From Lama glama (Eukaryota): a DNA stretch of 64,000 nt. The notes below the pieces were generated by a model, which was not told where the DNA came from, made no database searches, and worked only from the letters and a program-made list of their open reading frames with translations. Positions 56,361 through 64,000 of the stretch are shown here, piece by piece (the first letter of the stretch is position 1; each line of letters begins with the position of its first letter). Location: assembly GCA_028534125.1 (NCBI GenBank), contig CM052817.1, positions 27,840,001-27,904,000 on the forward strand. The letters are read 5' to 3'. Position numbers and translations under genes: made by a program.

Positions 56361-57056
56361 ATTACAAAGATTCTAAGGGAAAAACCCCTTTCTCCTTAAA
56401 TTCAGACTCTACCCACATCATAGTCCTTCCACCCTGGCCTAAGCCCCCGCCATTTCTCATCTGGATCCCCCAACAGCCTTATCACGTGCCACTTACCTCC
56501 CCCGACCCTGTTCCACAGCATTCTGCTCTCTACAGAGCACTCAAAGCAACACTGAAACAGCCAGACTGTGGCTCCCCTGCTCAGCCTTCCAGGGACCCGG
56601 GGTACAAGTGAGTCTCTACGGTTGTTTCCTGGCCCCAAACCCATCTCTCCAGCTCTTTACTGCTCGCTCCCTCCCTCCCTCCCTTGTTCTGCTTCCACTC
56701 TCTGGTCTCCCCAGCATCTCAGCACTTGTCTGTTTCTGCTGCCTGCAGTCCTCTTCCTCCAGACAGCCGCAGGTCCTGCTCACCCCACTTCGGGTCTTTG
56801 CTCAAAGGCCATTTTCCCAGTGATCTCTCACGGCCACATCACATACACCACCACGCGCTCCCACTTCAGTGCTTTCGTTCCTCTTCCCTGCACTCCCGTT
56901 CTCCACGGCACTTACCATCCTTGTGCTCTAGTATATACACTTCGTTTTTCTCTTTCTTCTCAAGAATATAAGCTCCTGAGGGCAGGCCTTTTCTTTTCTG
57001 TTCACTGTCATAGCCCCAGAAACTAGAATAGTCCTCTGATGTATATTTGTTGAAAG

Positions 57057-57186
57057 AATAGAATGAAAAAGAATATGAAAAGGAATATATATATGTATAA
57101 CTGAATCACTACGCTGTACACCAGAAATGAACATAGCATTGTAAACCGACTGTTCTTCAATAGAAAAAAATTTAAAAAATAATAAA
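57057..57186 (+). mobile_element. Short L1 3' terminus
   Basis: ATATATATGTATAACTGAATCACTACGCTGTACACCAGAAATGAACATAGCATTGTAAACCGACT plus A-rich tail. Confidence 0.8.
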
Positions 57187-60100
57187 TTATCTAATCAAAG
57201 ATAAGCACACAAATTAAAGGCAGAAAAAGACTGGACTAACACGTTAGGAGGGATAACCTTTGGATAGCGAGGTTATTTGTTCTTCTATTTTTCCTTTTTT
57301 TCCAAAAGTTTATTTAATGACTATGAGTTAACCATATAACTGAAAAATTTTTTATTATGAATTTTATCTAAAAAGGCAAAACCATCAGTTTTTACTGATG
57401 TGAGAGGCACTCTGGGGAAGAGGCCATGGCTGCAGCCAGCCGAGCAGTGGACGGGAGTGCTTCAAGTTCAATCGGATAAGGGAGGGGACGGTGTCTAGGA
57501 TCAGTTTCCTCCTCCCGGGTCACCAGGTGAATTAGAAGGTGAGGAACACATAAGAGTTTAGGGAAATACTGTGTCCTGACACGTTTGTCACAACAGGCAT
57601 TTCAGAGCTGTGAGGCATTTAAGGGGACAGATCCTCAATGGTATGCATCTAAATGGTCGAGCTAAATGGTTATAATACAGCTGCTATTTTCAGTCATACC
57701 CTGACCGCTTTTTCTGCATTTAGAATGACTTTCCTAGGCTAGATCACAACCACAGGGAGAAGATGTGTTTCTTTTTCTTTTCCCCTAAATGGTTCTTTAA
57801 TTGAGAAGTCACGATTCAACAGTGATTCTCTTATTCAGAGACCTGGGATGTATATTTACTCAATTTGGTTTTTAAATCTTTCTCCTTTTGGTCGAATTTT
57901 CTAGTTTTCTTCCTATTAACCACACACATATCTGGCTGAAGTCTCTCCTGGCTGTGGCTGTGAATGAGGATTTTCAATTTTCTTTGTGGAGGACGGCTAT
58001 TTATCTTTGAAAATTTAGGGCTGTTCCAAGGGAGTTAGCAAGTTTTGGAGAAAACTCTGAAAGTTTATATTACAAAAAGCTTATATATTCTATTACGTGC
58101 CTCTTAGGATTTGGTTGGCTGTGGTGTCAGATCCAAGAGTTTCACTGTTCTTTCTGGCTATGGTTTCTCTGAAATATCTCGGTAGAGCAACTCGATGGTC
58201 TGTATTGTAATGGGGTTTTGTGACCCTCAAAACTCACAGCTCCCACCTTTCTGTTTTTTTTCAAAGCCATCTACCGAGTTGTGAGATCACTTAGCCTCTC
58301 CTGCCTCCCCTTATGTTTCAGTTAATCCTTCTAGTCTCCTCTGGAAGCATCTTCTTTATGAGACCATTTTCATCAAAAGAAAAAAGAAATCAGAGCTCAA
58401 ATTCAGGTTTGCAGGTTTTGTTTCTTCTCATACAAACTGTCTGGATCTTTCCAACCAAACTGGGGCTCTTTCCCCCTTACTGCTCCGTGATGCTCCATCT
58501 CTGCTGTATCAACTAAATGTTTCTTTGGAAAAGGTAGACTCTGCTACTGTATTTCAATTTCAGTCCTATCTCATCCAGCTTCAGTTGCCCGTACGGTATT
58601 TTCTCCTCCAGCTTCTCTTTTTCAGGAGCCTGGAGGAGCAGATTCACTGAACCTGAGATACAGTGATACGCTTCACTACCTTGAATGCTGAAATCCACAA
58701 GGTTAACATCTACATTTTTATGGCAAAGTATCAAATTTTTTAAGCTACATCAAAATTGTGCCTTCTCCTGGCAACACAACCACTAATGTATGAAAACTTG
58801 AGATCATCTCATCAAAATCAACTCTGCTTTCAGATAATCCTGTGTTGTTTGATTTCAAATTTGCAACGGTTTCTAAGAGTGTCTTTGTGCCCAAGGCCTG
58901 GGAAACACCGTGGTGTGACAGAAGTCTCTAAGTGTGGGAGCCCTTTTCAGAAACTTCACCCTTTCGGTCTGAATTCATCATGGTGCCTGGGCGTGGGGCT
59001 GACCGCAGGGGTACATAAGCATCACTGGGTCAACACTAAGTGGTGAATTCACTAGTCTTGCACTTTAATAACCAGAGACAAATTTCAAGCTCATGTGAAC
59101 TTTGGCTTGAAGAGTGAATTTCCACTGAAAGTCTTCAGTAGTTGCACATCTTGGGAAGTGAGGCTCAAAACTTCCCTCTGATAAAACCCAAAGACAGGAA
59201 TGCACATGCCAAGCTCTATGTTCCAGGGCGTATCACTGAGAAGGGTCTTTGATGTCTTATTTTAGCTCAATAGAATTCTTGCAAATTTTCAATTACATTA
59301 TAATATATATTCATGCAAAGTATAAAAATGTTTTCCATCACTCACTAGTTTATTACTAGCATTTATATATCATGTCCTCTGACTCAAACCTGTGCTCTAC
59401 AGCCTCAGGTTCTTTCTGGAATACTATGTATTTCATAATGAAAAGTAATCTGCATGGCTTAAAGGAATGACGCTAATGGCACTGGGGTAACTTTCCGTGA
59501 CCTGGTCTTTGCTAAACTTCTCAGTTCCAGCGCTCACCTTTCCCGCCCCAGCAACCCCAGACACCCTCTTTGCTTGGGCGACTCGCCACTTGGAAAGCCC
59601 TTCCTTCTCTTGCCTTCCTCAACAGTGTGGGAAATAGCAGTACCAAGAAATGTCTCCAAATGATAGTCTGGAGGCTGAGTGCCTTGTCCTCTGCTAGCTG
59701 CGTGCATCCTGATTATAATAATTAGGGCCATATTCTAACAATCTGTTGATCTGTTTACTCAGGACTCAAGCTGCTCAGAAGGACTTCCTTTTTTCAACTT
59801 TTGATTCACTGGCACCCAATTAGGTCCTGATGCACCGGCACTCCATATATCTCAGTTGAGTTGAGCTGAACTGGGCTCTTATACAGTTTGAACGATTACT
59901 TTCTCTATAAAAATAGACAGGGCAGAATACGCAGAAAATAACTAAGGAGAGGGTGTTTTGGATAAGCCCCAACGTTTGCAGTTATTACCAGAAGCTCTTG
60001 ATTACTCAGAGACAAAGAAAACCTTTGGCTTAGATTATCCCAAACAAACAAACATCTTAGAAAACATGAAAATTATCCCAGACAAAGAAAATCTTAGAAA

Positions 60101-61224
60101 ATATGCAAATTAGATGCCAGCTCACAGTGTTCACGTGCTTTCTCCCCCTTGGACATTTCTGGTGGTGGTGAGGAACTGAAGGAGGAGTGATCCCCTGTGG
60201 GACTGAGGACCAATATTCAATCTAGCTGTAGGATTCAAGAAATGACCTTTGTCTCTCCAGCCTCTGGCAAAGGGAGTAATGGGAAAATAAATGATTAAAA
60301 AGGATGTTTAGAGGAAAAGGAGGAAGAACTAGTTGGAACTTAGACCAATCAGAAGCTAACTTTTTAAAAGTAAAATTTGACTATGTATCAACATATATTG
60401 AGAGGTAAACATGTGAAATAGTCTTTCTAAAAAAGAATCAAGAGCACTAGAAAATGTATGGCTCTGAAAGTTTGTTTTCCAGGGATGTAGTTCCCAGAAT
60501 AGTAAAAATAATTAAGAACAGAATTTGTTTTGCTTTATTTTAATTTTATTGTGTTAGTTAAAAAATTTGAAAGTACCAGAAAAATGAGGACAAAATTAGT
60601 AACAAAATATTCTTTTTATTATGAGAAATATAATTCAGAAATGTTCTGATGTTACTGGAGAAGTTGTGTAAGACAGGGGACCTTATCTCAATGCTCAGTA
60701 TGCTTACCTATTGTACCATCCTATAATTTTTATAATTTTGTATGGCTCTGTATTTTTTCTTCTTAAAAACCATCTCATAAAGCATCAATTGTTTGATTAC
60801 TAGTAATTCAATCTGTGAAACACAATGACCTATATTTCAGACTGTAGGATTTTTTTTCCTTTAAAAATTCATTTTCCAGCTTTATTGAGATATACTTGAC
60901 ATATAACCTTCGGTAAGTTTAAGGTGTGCAGTGTGTTGATTTGATACCTTTATATATTGCAAAATAATTACCACCATCACATTAACTAGCACCTCCGTTC
61001 CATCACCTAATTACCATCCATTTTAGGAAGTTATATTTTAAAAACTCAAAACTTCAAAAGGTATTTACTTATGAAAGACATATAAAAGCTGATATACAGA
61101 TTATGTAGAAAAATGACTGACTTTCAATGCAGAGACTTCTAGCTGTCCCCTCCCCGTATAGCTCCTCTCCCCTTCTCAGATGCAACCGCTTGATTCTTGG
61201 CTGCACACGGTGTCCTCTAGCTCA

Positions 61225-61565
61225 GACTATATTTCTCTGGCTGTCTTACTGCAGGGAGGTATGGCCATGTGACTAGCTTTTGGCCAATGAGAGCTAAGTG
61301 GAAATGTGGTGTGCAATGTCTAGGAAAGAACCTCTAAGTGTTAATCTTCTTTCCTTTCTTGCTGGCTGGAATGTTGGTGAAATGGTTAGAGTCTAAGCAG
61401 CCATTTTGGACTAGGAGTACACTAAGATTGGCAAATGCAGCAAAATAGAAGAAATCTGATCCTTGATGACTGTGCAGCTGCCACACTAGCTCTGGACTGT
61501 CTGCCTCCACCAGACTTTTTCTTACATGAAAGAGAAATGTTTCTATTTGTTTAATCCACAGTAGG
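61225..61565. mobile_element. MaLR LTR fragment (MLT1-like)
   Basis: GGCCATGTGACTAGCTTTTGGCCAATGAGA...GCAGCCATTTTGGAC...GAGAAATGTTTCTATTTGTTTAATCCAC. Confidence 0.65.
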
Positions 61566-62470
61566 TTTTTTTTTTTTTTTTTTAGTATCAAAAAATATAA
61601 CATAAAATCACTTGCTTTGCACGATACATGCTAGGGATCCTAAGTGATAAGTTGGAACCAAGCAGCTTCTGACCACTCACTGACCATCTCTTTTTCTTAC
61701 CATATCACGGAATGAAAGAACTGTGTCCAGTTTTGAGCTTTACTGAGGCAGATGGCACAGTGACATTTACAGTTTCTTCTATCAGCATTTCTGACTGCTC
61801 CCTGGCGTGCAACTCAAAAGCAAGCTGTACCGGTCCTTTAAGCTAGAGTGCTGAGCTCGGAGGGGTGATCTGCTTTCTGCCCATCTCGCCAGCTCCAGCG
61901 TACAGCGCTCCTTCACACTCGCTCTGCTCCAGCTACAAGGACTTTGTATTCCCTGAACCCACCAGGCTCACTCCTGCCTCAGTGCTTCGGCATGAGCTGT
62001 TCCTTCAGGCTAGAAATGCTCTTCTTCACACGAAGTACATCTGTATCACTTGAGTTTTGGCTTAACTATCCCTGCTTCAATAAGACCTTCCCAGAGCAGC
62101 CATTACAGTCCAGTCCCTTATCATATCATCCTATTTTCCTCCTATCACTTTGTGAAATTATCTTTAGTGGTTCATCCTTAGTCATTTGTTAACTGATTTA
62201 GTGACTGTGCCTCCTTCCCACTTCCTGGTCCCTGAACACTAATGGGGATCTTGCCCAATTAACCCGTCACCTAGACCGATGAAGCACTGGACACAGGATT
62301 ACGGAATGAATGGATGTGAGAATGAATGACTCTAGACAACAGCCAAGTTCATACTAAGAGCAGCTGCATTCAGCATCCCATGCCATGCTCACTGCCACAG
62401 CACCTGGGGTGTCTCACATCACCCTACACATTTATGACATCAACAGCACATCATTAAAAACTAGATCTTT

Positions 62471-62660
62471 GGGGGAGGGTATATATACCTCAGTGGTAGA
62501 GCACAGAGCACAGGTTTAGCATGTATCAGGTCCTGGGTTCAACCCCCAGTACCTCCATTAAAAAAAAAAATCTAATTACCCACTCCCCAAGAAGCAATTT
62601 ATCATTGAAAAAAATAAAGAATGAGATTTTAAAAATTATTTTTTCCAGAAAAGAAAAAAA
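62471..62660 (+). mobile_element. tRNA-derived SINE (Vic-1-like) with small internal duplication
   Basis: GGGGGAGGGTATA...CTCAGTGGTAGAGCACAGAGCACAG...GGTTCAACCCCCAGTACCTCCA, CTAATTACC, A-rich tail. Confidence 0.82.
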
Positions 62661-62794
62661 AGGCGATCCTTAAGGGTAGTGACCAATTCGGTTCACCTCT
62701 GTGTCCTCCACAGCCTAACACAGAACCTGTGACATACATACAATGGACACTCAATACATATTGGCTGTATTGTATGAAAAGGTGCTGTACCCAC

Positions 62795-63830
62795 CAAAAG
62801 CAAGGCCAGCTCTCCTAGTGACTCTAAAGAGGCTCCAACTTTAAAACTTTTAAAAGTGCCAATGTCCGGATTTGCCATCCCGTTTGTCATGCCCATGTCT
62901 CCCCTGGCTTCTCAGCATTTCTACAAGGCTTCTCCTCACACAACGGGCTTGTAAGTGGCTATGCGGCCAGCTTCTTTTAAGACCCGTGGAGGTCTGTCTG
63001 TCTCATTTACAGTCAGGGGCCCGAGGACTGTGACCAGTGACAGGTTTTACTGGATAAGATCCCAACCGTCGGCTCACGGAAGAACATCTCACAGCGTTTA
63101 GGGCAGTTGTTCCCTCCAGGCTACTTGACTAAACACAGTCAACTTGGATGCAACTCCTTCGTATCATAACACTGCCCCACCCCAACTGCAAGGGCTGGTC
63201 TTGCAACCAAAACATATGACACGCTATCCAGGTAATTAAAAGCTGAGAGATGAATAAGGGCTATTTCAGACCCGGAAATTCCTCTTATGTGAAGTGATTC
63301 ATTATGTTGGTAAAATGGGCAACAGCACAACTTAGGAAAAATCATATCACTAATGTAGTTTATTAATACCTTTCCTTCAGGGGTGACACTAAAGGCCTCA
63401 ACAAAGATTTTTATTGTTTTTTCAGAAAGACTTTACAAACCTCAATCAAGAGATCTGAAATTCTGTAAAACATATGCTCGTTCCTTAACTTCAATTTCCT
63501 TCAGTAGTTTTATAGATCCCTCAGGCCTGCAAGAGCAGAACCAGATGGCGCTTGGAAGGGCTTTACAGTGTGTGTCTGCAAAGCCACGACACGCTGAAAA
63601 GTTCTGCCGATCCTAAGCTTCTGGTATTAATCGTGATATGAAATGACCCTTGATGTAGCTTGCTTTATATTTTGTAATCTGGTGTACTAATCATAGTGCC
63701 TAAATATTTTCTTCTGGAGATTCAAAAAATACCCAGTAACATCATCTAGCCGAGTCGGAAAAGCAGGCCAGCATATGTTTATATAACATAGCACTTCTCC
63801 CCAGGGCCTACCTTGCCCCATAAATTGTTG
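62795..63830 (-). pseudogene. Candidate decayed protein-kinase-like coding fossil nested in ATP8A1 intron
   Basis: Degenerate kinase motifs in order on the - strand (VGPGEKCYV; IKLLKEIEVKERAYVL; IFPKLCCCPFYQHNESLHIRGISGSEIAL; IHLSAFNY; ADGWDL; LTVNETDRP) with stops and frameshifts; matched by eye only. Confidence 0.4.
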
Positions 63831-64000
63831 TACTGGTGTGAAAAAATACAAGTCAGGTCTGAACAACAACAAAAAAGTCCTCCTCTTAAATCACAACCAT
63901 ATTTGCGAGAGGAGAGGAAGACAGCGACATATTTAAAGTTGCAGCCAAGCTTGTCACACTATTTTCTCTTCAGTTTCCTTTCCTAAATAATTTCTTCTTG

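Noticed and set aside
63370..63732. Resemblance of FESP...LV, SAIWFCS and VKE words to bornavirus nucleoprotein (EBLN)
   Set aside because: Only scattered short matches with inconsistent spacing, and the frame continues ~75 codons past where N would end. The kinase-like reading fits more motifs, but a profile search should test both.
49744..64000. Further upstream ATP8A1 exons
   Set aside because: No segment encoding the preceding TM region was found; the next exon apparently lies beyond the window.

Overview
Mammalian genomic DNA, most likely a camelid (inferred from several tRNA-derived SINEs resembling Vic-1). It is not prokaryotic: no CRISPR arrays or operons. The window holds the complete two-exon SHISA3 gene on the + strand under a CpG island (CDS 20762-21038 + 24006-24445, 238 aa). 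Converging on it are the last four coding exons and a ~4.7 kb 3'UTR of the P4-ATPase flippase gene ATP8A1 on the - strand (49743 to ~35450). Between the two 3' ends lies a ~5.2 kb decayed class I (HERV-H/ERV9-like) provirus with a tRNA-His primer site, two Gag zinc knuckles, deleted RNaseH/integrase/env, and a 5' LTR truncated at a fold-back hairpin. The rest is LINE/SINE/hAT/MaLR debris plus one 100-N assembly gap. The most unexpected signal is inside the large ATP8A1 intron. A repeat-free, stop-poor minus-strand stretch (~62.8-64.0 kb) carries degenerate protein-kinase subdomain motifs in the right order, and a second coding-like stretch (~57.7-59.2 kb) sits behind a splice-acceptor-like site. 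Together they may be the fossil of a nested, unannotated (pseudo)kinase gene. That call rests on by-eye motif matching and needs a profile search.
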